NCBI RefSeq assembly: GCF_048593235.1
Contig: NC_133621.1
Location: 92,991,148 to 93,055,147, forward strand
Direction: 5' to 3'
DNA from: Sminthopsis crassicaudata
Lineage: Eukaryota
DNA length: 64,000 nt
The translations under genes were made by a program, and so were the position numbers. Within the stretch, counting starts at the first letter, position 1. Each line of letters begins with the position of its first letter. This document shows positions 13,453 through 24,417 of the stretch, piece after piece. A model generated the notes under the pieces. That model was not told the origin of the DNA and ran no database searches. It saw only the letters and a list, made by a program, of their open reading frames with translations.

Positions 13453-13626
13453 GAGGCAGCTAGTTGGGGCAGTGGATAGAACACTAGCCCTGAAGTCAGG
13501 AGAACCTGAGTTTAAATCTGACCTCACACACTTAACATTTCCTATCTGTGTGACCCTGGGGAAGTCACTTAACCCTAATTGCCTCAGCAAAACAAAACAA
13601 AGCAAAACAAAAAAACAAGATTTAGA
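13453..13626 (+). mobile_element. WSINE1-like SINE with A-rich tail and TSD, nested in a minus-strand MIR-like element
   Basis: Typical head and core, (CAAAA)n tail, AAGATTTAGA at 13445-13454 and 13617-13626. Confidence 0.9.
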
Positions 13627-16600
13627 AAAAATTAATTGATTTTTCCAAGACCAATAAGTGGCAAAGTCCAGACTCAATCTGATCTCTTCAGATGCTAAGC
13701 ATACTGCTTCCCTCCTCCCCCCCAAACCCTAAAGAAACAAAAACCATGTCATTGGTTGGTGAGAAAGGAGGATCAATCAACCAACAGGCACTTCTTAAGT
13801 ATTTATTTTAAGAGAGGTACAATTCTAGGTGGTGGAGACAAAATGAGTCCCTGTAATCAGGAATTTTCCATTGTTGAGCTGGAGGGAAGCAGAAGCAGAA
13901 TTACATTGACTATGATTTTCAGTTGAAATGGTACAGCCAGAATGTAGGAGCTTCAAACTTTTTCTTCCCTGGCTCCTCCTATTACATTTACAACCTCTCT
14001 GAATACTAGTTTCTATCAAAGAGAAACTAAAGCATTCTTCTTGATTAAAACTTTTTTCTTCCAAATAAGTTTAGTTGTCTCTATGTTTAAGAATTTGAGA
14101 ATATATAAGGTGGATGCTGGAAAGTATTGAAGAGATGTTATTTTATAAAATCTGCAAATTTCAGGTAATGGTCACTGAATAAAATCAGTCATCCAAGAAA
14201 AAAAAAGACCAATTAAATGCACTATAAGGCAGAAAATCTCAGAGCCTTTTCCATGCACCCCAGGGAATAGGTTGAGGCACAGCCTTCATGTTGCATATCT
14301 AAGTGACTACTAATTCCAGTCCAACCTTTGATATTTGGTGCCTTATTAGGACTTAGATGTGGATTCCAAACAGCCAATTTAGCTTGTTTGATGACAGATG
14401 AGGTTTTGCAATATCTCTTAGAAAATGCTGTGTTATCTTAGCTGAATATTAAATCATTTGTCTTTTGAGCAGTGAAAACAGCTGAAAAATGTCCAATCCT
14501 CATTGAATGTACACAGAGAGAATGGCAAAACCTTCAGGATTCAGGAAGGAAATCTGCCAAAATGTCTTAATTCTTGAGAACAACCTCTGTATTTTGCCCT
14601 TGCACACCCCAGGTTTTATTACTTCCCTTCCCCTTTAGTTAATCCAGAATCACAGTCATCAGAGATTGTGGGTTTAGAGAAAAGAGTTCTTTCTTTTCTT
14701 GGTCATTAGTGTAAGTCTTTTCCTTCTTGGATTTTCCCAAGGATTTTGCAGCATCTGTTAGTTAGCTTAATATTTTTTTAGGCTGGCAGAATACAAATAA
14801 CCTTAGTCATGCTATTCTTTTCTATATTTGGCATCTCCTCTGGGCTTCATCTCCCTTATCTGAGAATGTTTCCTACCCCATTTCAGCCTCTAGAACCTGA
14901 AGAGATAAATTAGGATAAATGAATAAAGATGGGCAATTGCAAACAAAACATTACATATATAAGTGGAAAATCAAGTAAAATGACCTAATTTAGCAGTATT
15001 ACTGTTATCTAGAGATCGGGGTTTAGTGTGCATAACTTTATAAACTGTACCATATGAGGATATGCTAAGAAAATTTAAAAATATATTAATATTATGAAGC
15101 ATATGTGTATATAATAATAAAATAATATGATAATATATTGATAATATTAAGAACATCTGTAATATTGTAATTAGTTTTATTATTATTGTTTAGTTATTAT
15201 TGCTATTAGTGCTTTGTAAATCTTAAAGCTCTATTGTTATTGTTATTAATTGATTAATTATACAAGGCTTGTACTTTTAACTTTATTTTTTCCCCTCTAT
15301 CTTCTGTCCTCAATAGAATAGATTTACTTTTGTTTCATATTGAATGGTAATTGCTTAAAGCAGGGAGAGATAGTAGGACAGCATTTTAGATGGAACAAAA
15401 AGTAATAGATCTTGAGGAGGAGAAGCCTCAGAAGCCATTTAGTCCAAACCTTTATTTTACTGATGAGGAAACTGAGATCCAAGAACTTTGCCTCAGGTCA
15501 ATCATATGGGCAGCAAAGGAGTTAGAATTGGAAGGCAAGGGGTTTTGATTCTAATACTGAACCTGCAATTAATGTTCCCTTGACCACTTTTGGTTTTAGG
15601 TTCCTGATATGTGGCTGTACTAGATATATATGAAGTTCTAAAAGTTATTTGAGATGAAGGCGGTTCATTTTTGTCATTAGAATTGTATGCAAAGTAAGAG
15701 CCAAAAAAATGCTCTGAGCAATAATATTGAGTTATCTTGAGTAGCATTTTTATTTATTTACTTATTTTTGTTAAAAGGTGATGTTTTGTAAGTCATAGAA
15801 ATGAGCTAGCATTGTTAGTACAAAGAGCATTGAAAATAGAGTCTTAAGACCAGGGTTCGAATTTCCATTTCATTAATCACTTGCCATGTGGCTTTGGAGC
15901 AGTCTTACTTGTAAAATGAAGGGGCTGGATTACATGATCTCCAAGTCTTTCCAGCACCAGACCACATGACAAATTATACTGACAGGCACTCCTAATTTGC
16001 CATAACCCCCACGTTTCTAATATAGAGTGCTGAAGCTTCATTCATAAAAGACAGATATACTGAGAGGTAGATAAATTGATAGTCTGGTCTAATTTTAAAT
16101 GACTTGAGTAATGTTGCTTCTCTAACTTCCCTGGAGAGCCCATTTTACTGGGTGACTGACATTAATGTTAGAAAACGTTCTGATTTTGCAGGGAAGAGAG
16201 GTTCATTTCAGTATAGAGAACACAACCATGTGTCTTTCTGTCAGCAGAATTCAGTTTTTAATTTCCTAGCATAGAGAGTGCATATTGTGGGAAAGCACAT
16301 GAGTCTAACTTGGCTAACAGAGAGATTTTAATAAAACAAAGGAAAATGGGTGTCCTTTCTCTGAAATACCCAAAGGCACCACCTAACCTCCTTCCTCTCA
16401 ACCACTGAATCAGAAGCAACATGTATGTACTCTAATTTTCTTTTAAAGTGAACAAGCATCCTATGTAAGTGATAAGATATAAGTCTGAGCAAATATGAGT
16501 AGAGATGAAATTTTGCTCACATAGAGCTTCCATAAATTAATTTGACATTTTAATGATATGCATATTTGCCACTATGTTGCATGGTAATTAGACATAAATG

Positions 16601-17328
16601 CAAGCAGCTGGTATAAATTATCAGAATTAATATTACTTTTACAAAGAACTAAAATTTTAGTTTTTTTTTTCTTTCATAATAAAAGCAAGTGATATGTGAT
16701 AGTTTGCAAATAGGCTTATATTTCAATCAATTCTCACAATAATCCTATGAGGTCCATGATGCAGATATTCCTATTTCCATATGACAGATAAGGAAATTGA
16801 GCCAGGTAAGTGACTTGTTCAAGCCAATCTGGTAAATGAGAGAGTAACACTCAAAATCAGGTCTTTTGACTCTCTAAACTCCTACTTTTAAAAATTATAC
16901 TATACTGTTTGCTTGTTATTTTTCTAATAGTTAAAAATCAACATAATACTTTTCTTTTTTTATCATGTGCAACTTAATCCCTAGCACACATGTACCCAGG
17001 TGCACTGTCACTCACAAATTTGATTGAATAGGACTTCCCCTATATTCTCCAAATCACTTGGAGAATCTTAGAAGTAGCCTTGGATGCATTTGACTATCAG
17101 ATGCAGTTGGGAGGAATGGAGAAATCTTCCTAACATTTATAATTGACCTAAAGTAAAATGAGCTGCTTCAAGTACTAGTGACTTTTTTTTTTTAATCTCT
17201 GAGGGTTTTCAAACAGAAATTGGATGACCATGCTTTTGTGATTTTCAGTCACAGTTTAAACCAGATGACTTTGAATGTACTTTCCAACTCCTGAGATTTT
17301 GTGATTCTGTGGATGTGAGTAGAGAAAG

Positions 17329-17780
17329 TGTTAGGATTACTAGGTGAGAACTCAGGTTGTCTGGACAGTGATAAGGTGAGAATTCAGGTTGTCTGGACAA
17401 TTACAAGGTGAGAACTCAGGTTGACTTGACAGTTCTCTGGCTCAGACCTTTGGTTTGGGCCTTTAAAGGGAGTTTACATGTTAGGAATTCTAAGAGGAGC
17501 AAGTTCATTGGTTGGAGTACTTCTTCCCAGAAGCCCTTGCATTATCCCATGCCCATTCTCTAGGAGGATAAAAAGAGGCAACATTGAGCCTGGAGAGCAG
17601 TCTGGACTGGGGAAGGACAAGAGCTGGAGGAGATTCAGAGCCAGGATTCAGGAAGAAGAAGAGGCTGGCTGGAGGCTCCAGAAGCCTCCCAAGAAACCTG
17701 CTCATAGAGGAAAAGATTATACAGAAAAGAAACCTTCTCCCAGAGAAGGATTACAACTGAGAGACAATCAGAACATTACA
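17329..17780 (+). mobile_element. ERV LTR (class II/betaretrovirus-like), left arm of an inverted LTR pair
   Basis: Begins TGTTAGG and ends TTACA. Contains 32-bp U3 tandem repeats, a reverse CCAAT (ATTGG ~17508) and a TATA-like GGATAAAAAG (~17566). Followed after 2 nt by a tRNA-Lys PBS; preceded by AGAAAG (17323-17328). Confidence 0.92.
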
Positions 17781-17782
17781 AT

Positions 17783-17800
17783 TGGCGCCCAATGTGGGGC
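17783..17800 (+). other. Retroviral primer-binding site, tRNA-Lys1,2 (CUU)
   Basis: TGGCGCCCAATGTGGGGC is a 17/18 match to the complement of the tRNA-Lys(CUU) 3' end (TGGCGCCCAACGTGGGGC); the single difference is a CpG>TpG change. Confidence 0.93.
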
Positions 17801-17806
17801 GCCAAT

Positions 17807-18273
17807 TATAATGTGCTGTTTTCTCCAGAAGCTGCTGATCGCTCTCTGGGAAGAGATCTGCTGTGTCAACTCAAATTTCTCAGACAGATTCTTCTTCCTG
17901 TAGAGAGCCCTTGTCTCCAGACAGTTGCCGTTAACTCTTGTCCAGAGAAGTGACTTCCCTTCCTGCAGAGAGCCGCGTCAAGCCTGATGTAGAGCAGAGA
18001 CTTCTTCTCTCTCTGGAGTGCTGTCCTCTTTTATCCTCCCAGAGAATGGGCATGGGATAATGCAAGGGCTTCTGGGAAGAAGTACTCCAACCAATGAACT
18101 TGCTCCTCTTAGAATTCCTAACATGTAAACTCCCTTTAAAGGCCCAAACCAAAGGTCTGAGCCAGAGAACTGTCAAGTCAACCTAAGTTCTCACCTTGTA
18201 ATTGTCCAGACAACCTGAATTCTCACCTTATCACTGTCCAGACAACCTGAGTTCTCACCTAGTAATCCTAACA
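17807..18273 (-). mobile_element. ERV LTR, right arm, inverted relative to 17329-17780
   Basis: The reverse complement of 18025-18273 equals 17329-17578 except for 2 substitutions and 1 indel. On the minus strand it ends ACATTATA-AT-TGGCGCCC. Followed by AGAAAG (18274-18279), the TSD. Confidence 0.92.
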
Positions 18274-18841
18274 AGAAAGAGTGACCTAGTGAGGTATCAA
18301 AGGCTGGGGAAACTCTGAGTCTCAAATCTGTTCTCTTGGGTGGGCAAGTGCATGATTTCCATGCTATCAAAATAGGACAAAGTAGTGAGTGATATGGAGG
18401 AGAGAATAGAAAGCTAGGTGGAACAGCATGTGGAGTGCTAGTCCTGGAGTGAGGAAAACCTAAATTCAGATCCAGCTTTGGACATTTATTTGTAGTGTCA
18501 CTTTGATCAAGGTATTTTATCTTTCTGTCTCAGTTTTCTCAACTTTAAAATGAGAATAATCCATGCCCTCATTTTTCTTTAGGAAAGTCTCTATCCTACA
18601 TGACCACAAACACATGCCCTGACCTGGAAGAATGAAACTCCTTTAGAAGTCTATGATTCTATAATTCCTGGGGCTGCAGGGATTTGGAGCTAAAATTAGG
18701 GACAGGCAGGATAGAGGTAGAGAGAAGAATGGATGTCACAACAGAGATTAAGGGTATAGTCTGGCTAAGAAGATAAGTAAAAGAATGCATAATCTAAATT
18801 AGATTTAGAGCTTGAAGCCACTTTAGACATATTCTGGTCCA

Positions 18842-18968
18842 GAACTTCTTATCCTTTTTTGTGTCATGGGCTCCTTATCAAAAGAACCCCATCGGATTAC
18901 AAGGGAAATTAATTATATTGAAATACAACTATTAAAATATTGAAATTTGTAGGCCCTAGGTTAAGACA
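18842..18968. mobile_element. hAT-Charlie-type DNA transposon remnant
   Basis: CTTTTTTGTGTCATGG...GGATTACAAGGGAAATTAATTATATTGAAATACA...CCTAGGTTAAGA resembles MER-type hAT elements. Confidence 0.55.
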
Positions 18969-19754
18969 ATTTGTTCTGATCCAATACCTATATTTTATAG
19001 ATGGAAGAAAGATAACAAATATTTATTCAGTATCTATTATGTGCTAGGTACTCCATTAAGTGCTTTACAAATAATATCTCATTTGATTCACATAATTGCA
19101 TTGAGAAGTAGGTGTTATTATACTCATTTTAGAAAATTAAATGCTTTCCTGGGAGCACACAGCAATAAGTGTCTAAAGATGGATTTCAATTCTTGTCTTC
19201 CTGACTTCTGTTCCACTACTTTATCTATTATTTCATCTAGCTGCCCAGGTGAGTAAAGAAGGAGATGTTCAAGGTCACATAATTACTCACTTAATCACTT
19301 AATTACTCTTGCCACTATACCTTATCCCCCAGAAGCTGGACCACATGCCAGATCAGAGGCTAAAGAAGCCAAAAGCTGGTAATCAGTCACTTAAAATGGA
19401 TACCATAAAGAGGCAGCGTATCTACCAATTGCTATTGAACCTCTTTTGTCCCTGAATTAATGGGGTTAAAAATTTCAAAGTGAAAACCAAAAAGTAGAAG
19501 GCAGATGCATGTAGGAAACATCTTTTCTTGGAACAGCTCTAAATATTAAAGCAACTTGTAATGTAATACAACATGTAATAGAAGAACCAGCTATTCCCAC
19601 TTATGTAAACTTCAGATTTTGATCCAAAAGTTTGCTTGGAACCACGTTTGTTGGATCCAACTTTTTGGGACTCACAATGTAATTTCCCATAGAAACACTG
19701 TTTTAAAAAGAAGTTAGCTTTGTAAACTAGGCGATGTAAGGTCAATTAATACAT

Positions 19755-19995
19755 TTGTTGTTGTTGTTCAGTTTTTTCAGTTTGTCTGCCTCTTTCTGAC
19801 CCCATTTTGGGTTTTCTTGGCAAAGATATTGAAGTTTGCCATTTCCTTCTCCAGCTCGTTTTACAGAGGAGGAAACTGAAGTGATCAAATTAAGAGACTT
19901 TTCCAGGATCATACAAGTAACTAGTAAACGTCTGAGGCCAGATTTGGATTCAAGAACAGTGAGTCTCTGCTTTCAGGTTGAATGTTCTATCTCTT
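19755..19995 (-). mobile_element. MAR1-like CORE-SINE
   Basis: (GTT)n tail then TGACCCCATTTTGGGTTTTCTTGGCAAAGATA...TTTGCCATTTCCTTCTCC, the reverse complement of the MAR1 3' end. Confidence 0.85.
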
Positions 19996-20719
19996 CAGCC
20001 ACCTTAATACATAATTTAATACAATAATGCCAATTTAATACATAAGATACTAGAGTTAAATCATTAAAGAACCAAGTTACAATGTGTAACAATGATTCTA
20101 TAGAAAAGTATATTCTGAATCTTAACTTAAAACTCCAGCAATATATTTTATCCTGAGATAAAACTGGTAGTAGAATTTGGGACAATCTCTTTCCCTACAT
20201 GATGTAGCTGATGCAATGAGAATTTTTGATGTTTTGCTGAGTTGTTTTTCATTTGGTTCTGACAGTTTGTGACCTACATGCTTCTATAATATTACAGAAT
20301 AATAAATGTTTCTTATTGCCTGCTAAGTTCAAGGCATTCTGAGATGAGCTGGGAATGCAAATACAAAAATCAGAGTTTGAGCTCAGAGTTTACCTTATTC
20401 TTTTGGGCAAGAGGGTAGCACATATATATTCCCCACATAAAGTATATTAAAGTGTTATGCAAAGTATTTTCAAGAAGAGTGCTAGTTAACTGCAGTATCA
20501 GGAATGGCCTCATGGAGTAGAAGATGGCATTTGAGTGGGGCTCTGAAGTAAGCTAGAAATTCTCTCTAGCAGAGCTGAGGAGGGAATGCACCCCAGGTAA
20601 GTAAGACAAAAAAGGCTTGCTGGGCAAAGTCACAGTGGGAGACAGAATGTTGTGGACAGAGACCATTAGCTAGCCAGTTTCATTGCAGTGGAACATGAAG
20701 AAAAGCAACAGGAAATGAC

Positions 20720-21267
20720 TGGAAAACTCTTTGACTGAAAAGAACTGGAAATTGCAGGGAGGTCCATCCACTGGGGAATGGCTGAATAGATTGTGATGTA
20801 TATTTATGATAGAATATTTACTATGTTATTAGAAATGATGAGTTCATTGATCTTAGAGAAGGGCATGGAAAGACTCATGAAGAGCAAAATGAGTAGAGTC
20901 AATAGAACATTGTATACAATAATAGTAATATAGCTATTTTTATAATAGCTTTTTATTTTCAAAATATGTGCAAAAATAGTTTTCAACATTCACCTTTGCA
21001 AAACCTTGTGTTCCAAAATTTTTTCCCTCTTTCATTCCATTCCTCTTTCCTAGACAGCAAATAATCCAAGATAAGGTTAAATGTGCTATTCTTCTAAATA
21101 CATTTTTACACCTAGTAATGTAGCAATTAGTTTTAAGAATGACTTTGAGTGACTAAGCCATTTTGACTATTATAAATACACAAATTAAAAATAAAGAAGT
21201 TATAGAGATCCAATCTGCATTGAAAGAACTTATAAACAGAAATGTGTATAGAATAATTTTACATGTA

Positions 21268-21304
<37 letters not shown>

Positions 21305-21517
21305 GAGTATAAAGGTAACCATCTCTGGAGGGGTATAGTGAAGAAATAAAAGGAAAAAAAGAAATTTACATGATAACATTGTTGTATATTTAGGGGGAAT
21401 AGCAAGTTGTACATGGTAGATTTGCAGTTTCATGTGCAATTATCATTTTTATTATACTGTTATGGAAATGCCTGTTTTGTTCACTGAATTGAAAATAAAA
21501 TAAATTTTAAAAAATGG
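20720..21517 (+). mobile_element. L1 3' end (ORF2 C-terminus plus 3'UTR), interrupted by another L1 fragment
   Basis: CCATCCACTGGGGAATGGCTGAATAGATTGTG encodes the L1 ORF2 C-terminal 'PSxGEWLNxLW' motif; the 3'UTR resumes at ~21125 and ends in an A-rich tail at ~21515. Confidence 0.8.
20937..21112 (-). mobile_element. 5'-truncated L1 3'UTR fragment
   Basis: T-rich tail, same family as 54985-55290. Flanked by a diverged TSD, TAGTAATATAGCTA / TAGTAATGTAGCAA. Confidence 0.75.
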
Positions 21518-21525
21518 ATATCTTT

Positions 21526-23270
21526 GGAGGATTCTGGGAAGTTGGTAGAGTAGATCAGAAAATTCTAAGAGCTCAGGATTTCCTCCACAAACAAAACAAA
21601 ATTGTGCCCCAGGGTGAACACAATCCACAGAAAAACAAATAAGACTTGGGGAAGAACAGAGGTCCTCCTGGGACATCCAGAGAAAACTGGAAGAAAGACA
21701 GTGTGAAGTATAAATACCTTCAGGCTAGCTCCTCTGGAGTCCTAGAGCTAGCTGGGTTCAAAGGTAGCCTCTGTCTGAAGCATAGTAAGTTTTGTCTACC
21801 ACACAGTGTGGGGAGTCTGGGGTCTGAGTACTGGAAAATTGGGGGAACTTCTGCTGATAAGGAATAGCAGGGCTATATGTGTTGCTGAGATTCAGAACAA
21901 GGTGAGAAGGAACCAGAATACTTGGTGATGGCAGAAGCAGTGGGACAGAGTAGTTGCTGGCCAACACCCAGGTTGGGTGGAATTCTTGGTTTTGAGTTTC
22001 AGGCCAGAGGGAAGAACTGAAGTGAAAGAGAGGTATCCCCCCAACTCCAGGACTAGAGGTGAGTACACTAACAATTTCTCATTAAAATTAGAAAATGAGC
22101 AGGCAAAGGATAAGGAACCCAACCATAGAAAGTTATTATGGGAATAAGAAAAGACTGGGGTTCATCTTCAGAGGAGGATATAGAAGTAAAATAAAAGCTT
22201 CTCCTACCTCAAAGAGTAATGTTAAATAATTTCCTATCTACAAAGAATTTGTAGAAAAACACACAAAAAAATCAAATGAGAGAGGGGCACAGTGGATCAC
22301 CAGTCCTGAAGTCAGGAGGACCTGGGTTCAAATTTTGCCTCAGACACTTAACACTTCCTAGCTGTGTGACTCTGGGTAAGGCATTTAACCCCAACTCCCT
22401 CAGCAAAAAAAAAAAAAATCAAATGAGAGATTGAGGGAAAACTTTAAAAAAAAAAGAGAGAGAGAAAGATCCTTGCAGGAAAAAACAAAATTCTTTTCAA
22501 AGAAAGTCAACCAACTAGAAAAAGAGATCCAGAGTCTTGCAGAAGAAAATTACAACTGGGCAAGGTGAAGCCAGTGAAGTTATAAGAACCCAAGAAATAA
22601 CAAAACAAAATATAAAAAATAAAAAGATAGAGGAGAATATGAAATATCTTATAAGAAAAACAACAGATCTGGAGAATAGATCAAGAAGAGAAAACATAAG
22701 AATAATTGGACTACCTGAAAACTATGATCAAAAAAAGAATCTTGCAACAATAGTACAAGGAAAATTAAAGAAAATTATTCTGAAGTGATAGAACAAGAGA
22801 GGAAAGTAGAAATAGAAAAGCTCCACTGGTTACCACCTCAAAAAGAATCTACAAGAAAAAACATATAGGAACATCATTGCTAAATTTTGAAACCCTCAGA
22901 TCAGATAAGAGAAAATTCTGCAACCACCACCAACAAAATTCAAATATACTGAAGCTCCATTTAAAATTGTGTAGGATTTATCAGCAACTACAACACAAGA
23001 CAGTATATTAACAAAGAAAAGAACTAGGGGGATGTGGTCAAAATATTATATTTGGCAAAATTAAGTATAATTTTGAAAGAAAAAATGGAATTCAGTGAAT
23101 TATTAAATTTTCGGGATTTTGTCTCAAATAAACCTGGATTCAATAGAGAATTTAACATATAAAAGCCAAAAGTCAAAGATTAATTTCAAGAGACTCAATA
23201 AGGACAAACTTTATATTTTATATATGAGACTATAAACCATATGTCTAAGCTTGACATTACCAATAGTAGC
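21526..23270 (+). mobile_element. L1 (or HAL1) 5'UTR plus decayed ORF1; no ORF2 follows
   Basis: GAGGATTCTGGGAAGTTGGTAGAGTAG L1-type start; ORF 22537-22788 contains DLENRSRRENIRIIGLPE, the conserved L1 ORF1p motif; frameshifts and stops throughout. Confidence 0.88.
22284..22430 (+). mobile_element. WSINE1-like SINE inserted in L1 ORF1
   Basis: Poly(A) tail; TSD AAAAAATCAAATGAGAGA on both sides (ending at 22283 and 22430). Confidence 0.92.
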
Positions 23271-24305
23271 AGTCTCATGATCAGAGAGGGCCATCTAATC
23301 TTCCTAAAGCAAGAGAAATGATAAGCCTTGCTCCAAGCTTCTTCTCTTGGGGTTGATGGATATGTAATAGTGACTAGCAGGGCCTGGGGAATTTAATAAA
23401 AAATTTGATATCATACACAAAAAAGAAATTATCATAAATGTAAACAAAGGGAAGGAATAAAATTTGATATAATTGCCCTAGTGAAGATCACACTTAAGGA
23501 ACAATTTTAGGCTTCTGGGTTTGTGCTATGCCAGTTGAATTTCTAGAATTTGAACAAGTTCTGTTTTTTATTTTTTGTGCTTTTAAATGGTTTTATATTT
23601 ACATTCCTTTAAAGTATATGACAGAGGACTAATTTTTGGTAAGTATCCAAGTGGCTCACAAGAATAGGTGGCTTAAATGTATAACAAGATTTGAGCTGGA
23701 AACATAACTGACAGCTCTGTTCTCAGGTACAGGCAAGAATGTTACAGAAATGTAGCTCACGTTCACTTGTCATATTTAAAATCATTTGTTAGAGTGTTTC
23801 TGTTTTAGAATTGGGCTTGGTTTGAATGGAGAGTCCGAAAAGATTTCCTCCCCTTCACATTTTTGAAAGTGTTCTACAAATAAAAAGGAAGAAGCAGGAC
23901 CAATCTTCCCTAGCACTGAATGGTGTTCCCAAACCAGAAAATCAAACAAAACCCCAAACTCGATGCTTTCTTGAAGCCTGATATTATCTGCTTTTAGAAG
24001 TCACCCAACCATAGATGCCCATCACTTCCTCCTAGGGTATCAATTTTGTAGTATCCTTTTTATTTAGCTGTTTTAATAAAAGAAACCCTGAGACAGTGGA
24101 GCGGAAGAGATACTTAAGAATCTGTCTTTGAAGAAGCAGCATTTCCTTGTATTGCTCCTGAGGCTCCGCAATGATTAAGGGAGATGTCAGGGAAAAGGGA
24201 AAAGAACAAAAGGACATTCCATCCATTTTAGAAGAAAGATCTGCACTTTGTCTGTCCCTACCTTTAACTGGTACTACATGTATATATACACACATGTTAT
24301 ATGTA

Positions 24306-24346
<41 letters not shown>

Positions 24347-24417
24347 TCACATGTATACATGTATAAACAGATATAAACAAAACTCTGTGTGTTGTGTGTG
24401 TGTGTGTGTTTGTGTGT

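Noticed and set aside
17342-17432. Regularly spaced repeats superficially like a CRISPR array
   Set aside because: Eukaryotic LTR U3 tandem repeats with no unique spacers and no cas genes.
17478-17903. 141-aa + strand ORF, the longest clean ORF in the window
   Set aside because: It runs through LTR R/U5, the PBS and into the inverted LTR; no gag or other domain motifs; a chance ORF.
17329-18273. Interpretation as a cut-and-paste DNA transposon/MITE with 250-bp TIRs, or a pure assembly mirror
   Set aside because: The TG...CA ends, tRNA-Lys PBS, U3 repeats and 6-bp TSD are retroviral. The inner halves differ and the flanks are unique, which a mirror artefact would not give, though long-read confirmation is still needed.
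22537-22788. ORF with real protein homology
   Set aside because: Fragment of a decayed L1 ORF1, not a host gene.
24032-24295. 87-aa minus-strand ORF with a plausible-looking peptide (PLIIAEPQEQYKEMLLLQRQ)
   Set aside because: Starts in a microsatellite, has no convincing splice sites, and matches no family I recognise.
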